The position numbers and the translations under genes were made by a program. Positions 41,601 to 52,817 of a stretch of 64,000 bases of DNA are shown piece after piece. Under the pieces are notes generated by a model. The model was not told the DNA's origin and made no database searches. It saw nothing but the letters and a program-made list of their open reading frames with translations. Position 1 is the first letter of the stretch. The number at the start of each line of letters is the position of its first letter. Source of the stretch: Thelocarpon superellum (taxonomy: Eukaryota); NCBI GenBank assembly GCA_026025795.1, contig JAPEUG010000028.1, positions 1-64,000 of the forward strand. Direction: 5' to 3'.

Positions 41601-43028
41601 ATGCATGTACGAAGTTCACATCAGCCACCACCGCCACCACCACTACCACCACCTCACGTTGGTCACGACATGCACGCCACACGAGCAGCGAGGACGTCCA
41701 TCTTGTATCAAGACCCACATGCCGCAATTACACTGATTGACATCCCCACGTCAATCGCACTCAGCCAGGGTGGCACCCACGGGGACACTGTCGGCGACCG
41801 CGTCCTGCGTTCGTCCGAACCACCCACCACACCCTTTGTTATCGCGAACGAACCCAAGAGTGCGGCTGCCAGGAGCAAAGCTCTTGGGAACACCGCGGAT
41901 GTAGCCTTTCACGCGGCCATACGGGCGCTTGTCACCAACGCACTAAACGAGATACAGGTCCACCATCACCAGGATTGGTGTTTACCACGTCCCTGCGTGG
42001 CGAGTGACAATCCTCGGGCTGGTAAGAAACGAAAGGCTGAGGGACATGATGGCTTGGGGATCGATCGAGCTAGCCAAGAGACCCACACCAGCTCCTTCAA
42101 CCATGAGCCGTCCGTGCCATCAAATTCGGACCAGTCTTGCACCCGGCCAGAGATTCTCAACATGACCAGTCTTGCGGAGTACAGCACATCTCAGGTCCAC
42201 AAGCGAGTTATCTCAAATCTGTCATCGGAGTCATGCCAGCTCACCATCTTACCCCTCGGCTCAGACGCATCCGTCCCCCATGAAACATATGTGATCCCTC
42301 CCAAAGCCACCTTCCTCCTCGCCAATGTCCAGGAGTCGGCAATCTTTGAGGACGGCGTCCGCCACCTGATGTCCAGCACCCCATCCACCGCCGGGTCAGA
42401 GCCATTTGATCTGATTCTCCTTGATCCGCCGTGGCCGAACGCGTCGGCCAAGCGAGCCAAGACGTACGGTCGGCCTCGATCGACCGCCGACATCCACCAC
42501 CTACTCCTTTCGCTGCCGCTGAGAGCGCATATTGCGGCTGCCGGCCTGGTTGGGGTGTGGATCACCAACAAGATCCGCTTTCGGTCCCTCGTGCTGGGCG
42601 ACCAGGATGGGGCATCGGAGTGCCGAAGCTTGTTCAACGCTTGGGGACTCGAGCTGGTCGAGGAGTGGATCTGGATCAAGGTGACCAAACGCGGGGAGCC
42701 CATCACCGATCTGGAGAGCGCGTGGCGGAAACCGTACGAGATGTTGCTGCTCGGCCGGCGAACGGCTCGCGCACTGCATGGCTCAAGCGGCGATGACGAC
42801 CGCCACAAGATCAAGCGACGAATCATAGCCGGCGTCCCGGACATCCACTCTCGAAAGCCATCGCTGCGCGAGCTGTTGGCGCCATTGATGCCACGTCCCG
42901 AATACCGTGCCTTGGAGATCTTTGCGCGGAACCTCACGCAGGGATGGTGGGCGTGGGGAGACGAGGTCCTGAAATTCAACGAGGTCGGATGGTGGTCTGG
43001 GGGACGGACAGAAGGCACTTCGGATTGA
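41601..43028 (+). CDS. MT-A70 family N6-adenine methyltransferase, METTL4-like
   Basis: FDLILLDPPWPN, GVWITNK, EEWIWIKVT..GEP, RKPYE, HSRKP, LEIFARNL..GWWAWGDEVLKF; intronless. Confidence 0.92.
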   Translation: MHVRSSHQPPPPPPLPPPHVGHDMHATRAARTSILYQDPHAAITLIDIPTSIALSQGGTHGDTVGDRVLRSSEPPTTPFVIANEPKSAAARSKALGNTADVAFHAAIRALVTNALNEIQVHHHQDWCLPRPCVASDNPRAGKKRKAEGHDGLGIDRASQETHTSSFNHEPSVPSNSDQSCTRPEILNMTSLAEYSTSQVHKRVISNLSSESCQLTILPLGSDASVPHETYVIPPKATFLLANVQESAIFEDGVRHLMSSTPSTAGSEPFDLILLDPPWPNASAKRAKTYGRPRSTADIHHLLLSLPLRAHIAAAGLVGVWITNKIRFRSLVLGDQDGASECRSLFNAWGLELVEEWIWIKVTKRGEPITDLESAWRKPYEMLLLGRRTARALHGSSGDDDRHKIKRRIIAGVPDIHSRKPSLRELLAPLMPRPEYRALEIFARNLTQGWWAWGDEVLKFNEVGWWSGGRTEGTSD

Positions 43029-43071
43029 ATGACGGCCTAGAGAATGGACCTCATACATCAATTCCATCCTA

Positions 43072-45336
43072 TCACGGCAGCTCGGCTGCGTCATTTTCCA
43101 ACGCCAGCTCGCATCGTCGCCACAAACGGGCCCACTCTCCCTCGGGTCGCGAGCGGTGCTGCGCTTCCTCATCTGCCTGGGCATCCACAACCCGCAGGCA
43201 GCAGATCACACTATGGGCCAGAGGACCGGCCAATACTACCGGCGGATCTTCGCAATCCAGCTGTGGCACCCAGGTGCGCAAGGTCTCCGTGCACAAGCTC
43301 AGATGCTGCGTCCGTGCCACCAAGGCAAACATGTGCGTATATAGTCCCGCCGACCGCGGTCGCATCGAGCGCGCGGGGAGGCTGAAGACGTCCCAGAAGC
43401 GCGGCCAGTTGGACTGGTTCGCGTACAGTGTCATCAAGCGGGTGAGCGAACGGTCCTGCACGATGGGAATGTGGAGGTCGTTCATGAGGCCATCGAGCCG
43501 AACGTGCTGCTCCGCGATGAGCTGGTGGTACCACCGCTTGACGCATCGCCGTCGCACGCCAGGGTCCAGCCGTGGATCGTCGGGGTTCTGATCCGGAAAG
43601 TCGATGGGCGTGTGGAATCCGATGGCATCGTGGAGCAGGACGAAGACGTCTTCCGTGAGCACATCGTGACCTGTCTGGCTCATGTCCCGAATCACGCCCA
43701 TGGCCAGATCGAGATCGTGGCGCGAGACGTGGCGCAGTGACCCTCCGGCTTCGCCTGGCCGATTCAACGCCCCGTTCCGCGTGAGGATAGCCTGCAGGAC
43801 GACGAGGAACGTCTGGGGCAATATGTCCACTCCCGAGAGCTGCATGCTCTGCACCAACGACCGAAGGCCAAGCTTGGTGTAGCCCGGGTGACGGAGGGCG
43901 AGGGCACGGGTGAATAGTGCGACACGGTCTTCCCAATGAGCAACGGTGGGAAAGGGGGGGATGGTCTGGTAGAAGGAGAGCAGAAAGGGGGTCGAGCCGT
44001 AGTCGTCCTCGCCTCGCCCTAACGCCTTCGTGGCCGCTCCGGGTGAAAGCGTATCGAGACATTGCACATGAGCGCGCAGGATGAGGGCGCGAGATTGGTC
44101 GGGCGAGACCACACCTTGCGGCAGAGCCGGCATCTCTCGTCGTAGGGAATGGTAGTCACCAGCATTCACCAGTGAAGTGATCCGTGAGGGCAGCTCGTCC
44201 ACCTCCGCAGCGGTGATTCCCAGTGGGCCAGCGGGGGCTAGCTCGGCCAGCCAATCGCGTGGCGCGCTGTTGGCGTAAGGAATCATGTCCGGGCGTGATC
44301 GGGGCAGGGAAGTATGAAAGGCCCGAACTTGACAGGTCGGGCCAGACACAGCGGACGAGGATCTTTGTGGTTCGCTGGACGCCTCTAATACAGACGGCGT
44401 TTCCGGGTCTTCCGCCTCGCTCGCCGGGCCGTCAGCCGATTTGTGGCGGCGCGCGAGGCCATTCCACAGGCCCTCAAGGTCCATCTCTTCACGCTTCTCC
44501 TCCGTGAGCATCTGCACCACTACCCGAACTCCCTCCGTCCGCCGGCCAAAACCAATGTAGTTGGGCGCCACCTGATCTTGATCGGCAATGGGGTTGACTT
44601 CCGCCAAGTCAATCGTACCCACATTGACGCAGACCCAGCCCGTCCGGATGCCGTCATCAGCATTGGTATCGATCGAGCCCACGCTGCCGAGCAAGCGGGC
44701 CCGCCGCGCCTTGCGCCGCAGCTTGAGCTTCAGCTCATTCCGTCCGAGCAAGCCGTCTGCTGTCGGGGTCAATTGGTGTTGACTGCGCAGCCAGCGACAG
44801 AAGCGGTCGGCAGAAACATGCAGATGTCGTTCGCTGCGGGCGGTGCCAAGGATCATCAGGAGCCCCGCGCCCAGGGCAGGCGGGGGATCAAGATGTCGTA
44901 AATCGAGGAGCGAGAGATCGTCGAGGCCAAGCTCAACGGAGATGTGTTCCAGCATGGGTTCCAACAAGGCCGGGGCGTTTGCGGGTAGAGGAGGCACGTG
45001 CTGCTGCAAAGCTCGCGGTGTTCGGGGCATCTCCGGCGCGTCAATCTGGAGGTACCATGGGATAGGGGCCCCGGGAGTAGATGATTCCGATTCGCCATCT
45101 TCCTCCTCTTTTGGAGCTTCCTCCAGGTCTGATGTGGGAGGATATGCAACGGACGTGCCGCGCGGGTAGTGGTGAAACGATCTGGTAGGAGCGCTGGAGG
45201 TGCGTGTGGGCGTGTGCACGGATCGAATGGGCCTGATTCTTTCGGTCGACGCGGCCAAGGAGACAAAGGCACGCAGGACGGAGGCATGACACCTCGTACA
45301 GCGGCGGGATGCCGCTGCCACTCGACTGCCCATCAT
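43072..45336 (-). CDS. ATP25: ATPase synthesis protein 25, mitochondrial
   Basis: Arg/Ser-rich presequence, PWYLQ, ELGLDDLSLLDLR, GTARSERHLHVSADRFCRWLR, GWVCVNVG, VVVQMLTEEKREEMDLEGLW. Confidence 0.9.
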   Translation of the reverse strand: MMGSRVAAASRRCTRCHASVLRAFVSLAASTERIRPIRSVHTPTRTSSAPTRSFHHYPRGTSVAYPPTSDLEEAPKEEEDGESESSTPGAPIPWYLQIDAPEMPRTPRALQQHVPPLPANAPALLEPMLEHISVELGLDDLSLLDLRHLDPPPALGAGLLMILGTARSERHLHVSADRFCRWLRSQHQLTPTADGLLGRNELKLKLRRKARRARLLGSVGSIDTNADDGIRTGWVCVNVGTIDLAEVNPIADQDQVAPNYIGFGRRTEGVRVVVQMLTEEKREEMDLEGLWNGLARRHKSADGPASEAEDPETPSVLEASSEPQRSSSAVSGPTCQVRAFHTSLPRSRPDMIPYANSAPRDWLAELAPAGPLGITAAEVDELPSRITSLVNAGDYHSLRREMPALPQGVVSPDQSRALILRAHVQCLDTLSPGAATKALGRGEDDYGSTPFLLSFYQTIPPFPTVAHWEDRVALFTRALALRHPGYTKLGLRSLVQSMQLSGVDILPQTFLVVLQAILTRNGALNRPGEAGGSLRHVSRHDLDLAMGVIRDMSQTGHDVLTEDVFVLLHDAIGFHTPIDFPDQNPDDPRLDPGVRRRCVKRWYHQLIAEQHVRLDGLMNDLHIPIVQDRSLTRLMTLYANQSNWPRFWDVFSLPARSMRPRSAGLYTHMFALVARTQHLSLCTETLRTWVPQLDCEDPPVVLAGPLAHSVICCLRVVDAQADEEAQHRSRPEGEWARLWRRCELALENDAAELP

Positions 45337-45986
45337 CGTGACCGATGCATCGGTAGTCGCCTTCTTTGCCGGATGACGAATCTCTCGTATCGTACTTCCT
45401 ACTACTAGTACGTGTTCCGGGCAACGAGACGTAGCGATCGCAGTCAGAGCTGCTCGACCTCATCGCCCGACGCCGTAGAAAATGTAGCGACAGCCAGCCC
45501 GGGTCAGAGAAGCTTCGGTGCGCTTCACCCCGACTTACCCGGGGCGCACAAGATGTATTGTAGCTGGGGAGTTCGGGAGCCATGGTTGACTGAGTGCGCA
45601 CCGGCCTACGGGAGACGGTAAGTCAGATGGTAAGTTAGAGTGCGGGAGAGCAGCGTCCTCGGCTCAGCTCGCCTCCTGTCCCCGGCCTCTTGCTCGGCCG
45701 CCTGGCTGGTTCGCCCGAGCGAAGAAAAAGTGCCGACGATGATCTTAGCGCAAAGGTTGCTCGATCCAACCATCACTGTCGCCCCGTCATTCCAGTCGCC
45801 GTTTTCACGTTGCACGCGACTCGAGCGGCAACGACCGCCAACACCGGAGAGCCGGTCAACGCCCGTGTTCTTCAGTTTGGGTCTTCGAGCCTCCAGCCTC
45901 CCGGTGTCACCAATGAGCCACATCGAAGTGGCCGGTCAGATGTGCATCGACGAGCCTGAGGTTCCGTCGTCCGTACCCGCGTGGCC

Positions 45987-48900
45987 ATGTTAGCCCATGC
46001 GGCGAGGAGAAAGGTCTCCTGGGAGGCTCCAGGACGACTCACACAGCTCACCGACGGCTTGCTCCTGCCATGGCTATGTCCTGCACAGCTGAGGTATCAG
46101 CAGTACCGGGATCAGTACCAATGCCGTCATGTCGCCACCTCCACCTCCCCACCGACTGCCCGCCCGCCTCACCGCTCCTCGCCCTCGACTCAGGCGGCTG
46201 CGGCGCTTCCGCTTGCACGACGACAACTAGCCACCGCCGCCGCCGCCGCTGAGGAAGCAGGCGGTCCGGATGACTTCGTCCCATTCGACCGCACCGCCGC
46301 ACCGCCGCTCCTCCCGACGGGTGGCCTGCAGCCCGAGTGGCCGAAGCCGCGACGCCCACGACTATCTACCCTCCAACCCTTTGATCCCGCCTCCCCCATC
46401 ATCATCAATGAGTCCTTGGCCCAGCGTCCACGGCGCTTCCGAGACCCGCAGGGCTTCGGCTCCAATCTGGCCGAGCTGCATCTGACGCTCGAGGCCTGCT
46501 TGCAGGTCGGCCGGCTGGAGCGCGCCGCCGCCCTGGTGCGCCGACTGGCCCTGATCTACGCCCCCGATGCCGTCGAGCTTCGACAGGCACACAATGACTA
46601 TCTGCGCGCGACGGTCGAGCATCTTCTGCGTCACCGCGCTCGCGGTGGCCTTGGACCAGTGCAGAAGTGGTTCGAGGTCGACATGCGGAACAAGGGGGTC
46701 GAGCCCGATGCCACCACCTACGCCCTCATGGTCAAAGCTTCCTTGTGCTTGCTGCATGGGCCCAAGATGGATCGCACCGTGCGCCGCTACATGGACCTGG
46801 CCACGGATGCGCTCCATGACGTCGAGCTCCTGAATCTGCCCATCCTCTCTGATGCCGAGTTGTATCAAGTCACCAAGGTAGGTCCTGCCTCGCGTGACAC
46901 CACGCCGATGCTGAGCCGAGACAGATCTGTCCGACCGAGTTTGATCAGACCGATGCCGCCCTCTTTGCGCCGGATCGTGAGGTCGACGCAGTGCCGGTGG
47001 CGAATGCAGCGACGTTGCAGAACCCGCGGCCGGCGCAGGACATTCGGCCCGTCGCTCAGAAAGGACTCGGGCTACAAGCCCTCAAGCGCTCGCTGTCCAT
47101 GTTTGCCGAGTCTCATCTTCCACCTACTGCAGACGGGGCGCCGGCTGAAGCTGCTGCACGCCAGATCCGTCTCGAACAGGACGCCGTCGCCTCCGCCGTC
47201 GACCGATGGCGCGAGGAGAGTGAGTCCTTGCGACGCATGGGCCTGAACACCGCCTTGACCTCGGTGGATCTTTCGGGCTTGATCTGGGGCTGGTACGAGA
47301 GCCTGAGTGCGGCCTTGACCCAGGAGCTGCACCTAGTGGACGAGGCCGAAGCCAAGGAGTCCAAAACCGCAGCTGAGCAGGATCGCTGTCTCTATGGCTC
47401 CGTGCTCCGCCTAGTACCCGCGGACAAGCTTGCCGCCATCACCATCCTCTCGACCATGGCCAAGCTGAGCGATCGTACATCGGACGCCGGGGTCAAGCTT
47501 TCGAGTCTGATCATGTCGGTGGCGGATGCGATCGAGGACGAGAGCGTGGCCATGGCGGTACAACGTCGCTTCGACGGCCAGCCTTGGCACGGATCGACAG
47601 AGAAGCAGCGGCAGCGTCGTCTGACGCAGATGATGAAGTCGCGCAAGTCCTTTCAATATCTGACGCGCTTGGTGGATCAACGTCCGGCACCAGGCTCGGT
47701 CTCGTCACCCGCCCTTCCTGCCCCGCGATGGACCGCCGCCATCCGCGCCAAGGTTGGTGCCGTCGTCGTCGCCGCCTTGATCTCCACTGCCAGAATGCCG
47801 GTGACGCGCGAACATCCCCAGACGGGTCACCACGTGGTTCAGGAGCAGCCCGTCTTCTTCCACGCGACTCAGATCAAGCAAGGACGGAAGGTGGGCGTCG
47901 TCTCCGCCAACCCCGCGCTCATGAGCAAGATGAAGCGCGAGCCGCACCACATCGGTCTGGCCAAGCACCTACCCATGGTCGCGGAGCCGCGACCGTGGAC
48001 CCACTTCAACGCCGGTGGCTATCTCCAGTATCATACCCCCGTCATGCGCACTCGCGGACGCGATCGGTCGCAGCGCCACTACGTCGAGGCCGCGGCGGAT
48101 CGCGGCGACATGGCCCAGGTCTTTGCCGGCCTGGACGTGCTCTCGCGCACGCCGTGGCGCATCAATCGTGCCGTGTTTGACGTCATGCGCGAGGCATGGC
48201 ACACGGGCGACGCCGTGGCCAACCTGGCGCCCGAAGAACCCGCGCCCCACTATCCGCCCGAGCCCGCCCCGACGGCTGACCCCAAGGAGCGCCGTCGCTG
48301 GTCCACCGCCGTCAAGAAGGAGGACAATCAGGTGGGCGGACTGCACTCGCAGCGATGCTTTCAGAACTTCCAGCTCGAGGTCGCCCGGGCCTTCTTGGAC
48401 GAGACCTTTTACTTTCCTCACAACGTCGACTTTCGCGGACGCGCCTACCCCATCCCGCCCTACTTCAATCACATGGGTGCCGACCACTGTCGGGGCCTGC
48501 TGACGTTCGCCGAGGCCAAGGAGCTCGGCGTGTCGGGCCTGGTCTGGCTCAAGATCCATCTCGCCAATCTGTACGGGTGCGACAAGGCCAGCTTCCAAGA
48601 GCGAGAGGACTTCACCATGGAGCATCTGGCCGACATCTACGACTCGGCCACGCATCCGCTCCAGGGCCGGCGATGGTGGCAGCAGGCCGAAGACCCGTGG
48701 CAGTGCTTGGCCGCCTGTCTCGAGCTGAAGGCCGCCCTGGACTCACCCGACCCGACGCGCTTTCGCTCAAGCCTGACCATCCATCAGGACGGCACGTGCA
48801 ACGGCCTGCAGCATTACGCGGCTTTGGGCGGTGATCTGTGGGGCGCGAAGCAGGTCAATCTCGAGCCCGGCGATCGGCCGTCGGATGTGTACACGGGCGT

Positions 48901-50389
48901 GGCCGAACTGGTCAAGGCCCAGATCGCCGCGGACGCGGCGCAGGGGGACGAGCTCGCGAAGCGGTTGGACGGCCGGATCACGCGCAAGGTGGTGAAACAG
49001 ACGGTCATGACCAACGTCTACGGCGTCACCTTCGTGGGCGCGCGAGCGCAGGTGCGCCGACAGCTCGAGGAGCTGATGCCCGATCTGCCCAACACGCCGG
49101 AGCTGCATCACGGCCACTTCGCATCGTACGTGGTCCGGAAGATCTTCACGGCGCTCTCGAGCATGTTCAACGGCGCGCACGACATTCAGTACTGGTTTGC
49201 CGAGTGCGCCAGCCGCATCTCGCAGGCCCTGACGCCGGAGCAGATGGATCAGATGGAGAAGGCGGGCAGTAGCCGTGCCCGTCGGGCCGACCCCAAGTTC
49301 CTCGTGACCAAGCCGGCGCGCACGGCGGATCTGGCCACGTTCAAATCGGCCGTGGTCTGGACGACGCCGCTGAAGATGCCGGTGGTGCAACCGTACCGCA
49401 CGCAGAAGTCGCGTCGCATCTCGACGAACCTGCAGCGGGTCAGCATCCTCGAACCGCGCATGTCGGATCCGGTCAGCAAACGCAAGCAGCTGCAGGCCTT
49501 CCCGCCCAACTTCATCCATTCGCTCGACGCCACGCACATGCTCCTCTCGGCGCTCAAGTGCGACGAGGTGGGCCTCACCTTTGCCGCCGTGCACGACTCC
49601 TTCTGGACGCACGCGGGCGACGTCAACACCCTCAACCAGATCCTGCGCGATGCCTTCATCCGCATGCATTCGGAAGATGTGGTGGGCCGTCTCGCGGCCG
49701 AGTTCACCGCCCGGTACTCAGGCTGCATGTATCTGGCCTCGGTCCGGGCCGACAGCCGCGTCGGGCAGCAGATCCGGCGCCTCCGCAAGTCGCGCCCACA
49801 TGTGGCGCGCGGGAGAGCGGGGAGCTCGCAGACGGACGAGTTGCTGCAGGAGCGACGGCGCCTGCGTCTGCTGCAATCTAGCGACGCGGAGGAGCAGGCT
49901 CAGGGACGCGCGATGGAGACGCCGGCCAGCATTTTCGAGGCCGCGGACACCGAGGCGCTCGAGCCACCGGAGCACGTGGTCGAGCTGGGCCAGGTCCCGT
50001 CCTGTGGATCAAGTCGCGTCCAGGTGGAGGCTGATGCGCCTCGTGCGACTTCCTCTCCCACGAAACACACGGCCAACATCGCCGACATTACGGAGCAGGC
50101 GTTGGAGAGCGAGGGTGCGGAGCGCGCCGAGAGGGCGGTCGAGTCGGCGGACGCGTCCACGCCGCATCGGAAGGGGAAGAAGAAGGAGGTCCGCAAGGGG
50201 GCGCCAACAAAGAGCACCAGCAGCGGCCGCTCTCCTCAACCAATCAAAATCTGGCTTCCGTTGACCTTTCCTGATGTTCCCAAGAAGGTATGTACCTTGC
50301 TCCCTGACCGTGACTGCGGCTCATCCTCTCTCTTCCAGGGTGACTTTGACGTCAAGCGACTGCGAGACAGTCTGTATTTTTTCTCGTAA
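45987..50389 (+). CDS. RPO41: Mitochondrial DNA-directed RNA polymerase (T7-like)
   Basis: HQDGTCNGLQHYAALG, RKVVKQTVMTNVYG, FPPNFIHSLDA, AAVHDSFWTH, C-terminal YFFS; PPR-like segment near the N-terminus. Introns 46878-46924, 50288-50338. Confidence 0.96.
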
Positions 50390-50398
50390 ATACCACTC

Positions 50399-50554
50399 TG
50401 CTGTGCCACATATACTTGTCTGTAAATCCGAGAGATGTTTGACGGAGACAAAGTGTGCCAGTTCTACTCTTGTAAGGTACTAATTGACCATAGCGGCATA
50501 GCGGGAACAACGGACAAATCCAGATAGGGCCATCTTCAGATCACACCACCTTAC
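50399..50554 (-). ncRNA. Candidate box H/ACA snoRNA
   Basis: Hairpin closed by GTAAGGT/ACCTTAC, H box AGAGTA (50470-50465), second hairpin (TTGTCT/AGACAA, CCG/CGG), ACA at 50404-50402. G-U pairs form only on the minus strand. Confidence 0.45.
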
Positions 50555-50652
50555 GGGTACGAGCGTGAGGCGTAAGAGAAGTCAAACAGAGGAGAAGAAG
50601 TGGAGCTTTGCTAGCTGCCTGCGAGACTCGCCGTAACTGTAGGCTTCGCGAG

Positions 50653-50695
50653 GTCACGTGCAGATGCACGTGAGTTTACGAGACTACCACGTGAC
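50653..50695. promoter_or_regulatory. Cluster of three CACGTG E-boxes
   Basis: GTCACGTG 50653-50660, CACGTGA 50667-50673, CACGTGAC 50688-50695. Confidence 0.55.
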
Positions 50696-50835
50696 TTCTC
50701 CTATCTCTAAGTGAGGCGGAGGCTCGTCGGGCTCATCATGTATCAAACAAGTCTAGCAGTCGGTCGATTCCTAGCGGAGATCATGACGCTATTCCAAATG
50801 GACCGAGACAGAGAGGACATCTTAGGCTTGGTCGC

Positions 50836-52016
50836 TCAAGCGTCCTGGTAGACCTTCAACGACACAATCTCCCAGTAGGCCTGCTTGAAGCCGTCTGTGC
50901 TGCTCATCACGTAATCGCTGCAAGTCATGCCCTGGTGTTTTCCAGCACACGTTGCGCCCCACACATCCGTCTGCCCGGCCAAGTCGCCGCAGAAAGTAAT
51001 GTCGAAAATCTGTCATGGCCCGGTCAGATTAGCGCGCGTTCTCTCGCTCCTCTTTGTCCTCTGTCGCCAGGGGTCCACGTTCTTGTGGGACACGTACAAT
51101 TTGATGGTTGGAGAAATGCGAGTCAATGTCGCAGCTCCCTTTGAAGCGAGCCACGGGTGTGGCCCAGCTGGTCGGGTCGGGGTTGCCGCTGGTCACGTCG
51201 GCGGGAATGTCTCGTCTTGCCCACCACCAGACGGCGATGTGGTCCGAGTTCCACTCCATGGCGTAGACTCCCCCCTCGCCGTCATTGAAGGCTTGTCCGT
51301 ACGACCCGGGATTCTTGTCCTGCTCCGTGCACCCGGTGTAGCTGGTGCTGACAGCGCAGTCGGTGGGGCCAGGTACACCGATGGACTGACTGTAGCCCTG
51401 GTCCATCGAACAGTTGTCACCCGTGTGGAGGGCAATTTTGTTCGCGGTCTGCTCGTCCGCCCCCTCGATGATGTCAATTTCACCGCCCGCAGGCCAGGGA
51501 TCCACTTGGGCGGTCCAGCTACGGTCCGGGTCAGATCAGTCTTCCCTTGAGGACGTTAGGTCGATACGTACAACGCAGGCCAGACGCCGCACTCTGCCAG
51601 TGGCATGTGTGCAATATCTGCCAGGAACAATCCCTTGTCATAGCGCTTCCGGCTACTGAGTCGGGTGCTGGGACGTTGTGGAGACACGGCCAGGCTCGTG
51701 TTGAACGTGCCATCGTGTCCCGCGAACCAGGTGTTGTTCTGACCTTCAGTACCGGGAAGACTGCTCTGTTTGATTGCAAACAAGTTGTATTGCTCTGCCA
51801 CGCTCTGGTTCACATATGTGACAGTGCCATGGGTAGGGTCCGGATCCTGCCGAGGGTCAATTTCTTTCCAACTTTCCGCGGACGTCGACCTGGAATACTG
51901 ACCATCCAGAACTCGAATTCTTGGAGGAAATTGGTCGTGTTAAAGACATCCTGCAGGGTGTATGCAGCCTGCGCGGTACCGACGAGAAACGGAACCAGAA
52001 ACTTTGAAATTCCCAT
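50836..52016 (-). CDS. Secreted GH16 endo-1,3(4)-beta-glucanase (Lam16A-like)
   Basis: Signal peptide, DPTHGTVTYV, CGVWPAFW, catalytic WPAGGEIDIIEG, IFDITFCGDLAG, AYWEIVSLKVY; three introns. Confidence 0.93.
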
Positions 52017-52817
52017 TGTGAAAGTGAAAGCTAAGCAGACCCTCCGCCAAGGGTAAAGGAATGAGAGGCCGAATAATTGAGTGCGCGTTCATGATTCCGA
52101 TGAGCCCGTCGTCTGGCCTTTTGTACGAATGGACTCCAGAATATGAATTGACTCAACATAGGAATCGACTCAAAAATAGATTCAGGCCTTGAATTCCTTC
52201 AGGGCTCCAAGGGATTCGAATCGCCTGTGAAACAGGTGAGGCATTAATCACATCCATGCCTTTAATGCTCGACTTGAAGGGTTTTGCCTGGCTCCTACGT
52301 GGGATCGCCTCGGCGAACGCCGTGTCCCAAGTACGAGTAGCCGATTAGCCGATTATCTGCGCTCAATAGTCATGTTTAGGCCGCCAAAGTTCATATCGGA
52401 CTCGTACATTCGCGTACCTGCGTAACTAGACATCTTTGGTCATGACTTTTTCAATGCAGCAATGCCTCCCGCCAGACATCGCAATGCAACAGCATAACAG
52501 TTAATGTTTGTAATGCTATCGGTTTGATTCACGTAGTGCCAATATGCAAGGCAGCATATGGTCATTGTGAGCATCAAGAAGGCAGGCCAAGGGATTGCTC
52601 GGAGAATCTGCGGGCAGAAGTGACAAAGTCTTCCTCGACGGATTCCGCCGTCACTCCACGAGGATGACGACAAGGAGAAAGACGTGCTCCAAGTCTCTCT
52701 CGGAGAGAATTCATCACACCCGTCGCTCTCATTCTCAAACTCTCAAGCATATCCGCGCTCGATTCCAGCACTCTCTTCCTCGTCCACTCCTCGAGCATCC
52801 CTGCCCCCAGCTTCACC

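Noticed and set aside
46991..50389. T7-like polymerase as sign of a phage or linear plasmid insertion
   Set aside because: It has spliceosomal introns and a mitochondrial-type N-terminal extension, so it is the ordinary nuclear RPO41.
50484..50520. GACCATAG resembling the start of fungal 5S rRNA
   Set aside because: The downstream sequence does not follow the 5S pattern.
52208..52226. GGGATTCGAATC B-box or tRNA T-arm-like motif
   Set aside because: No cloverleaf or A box could be built around it.
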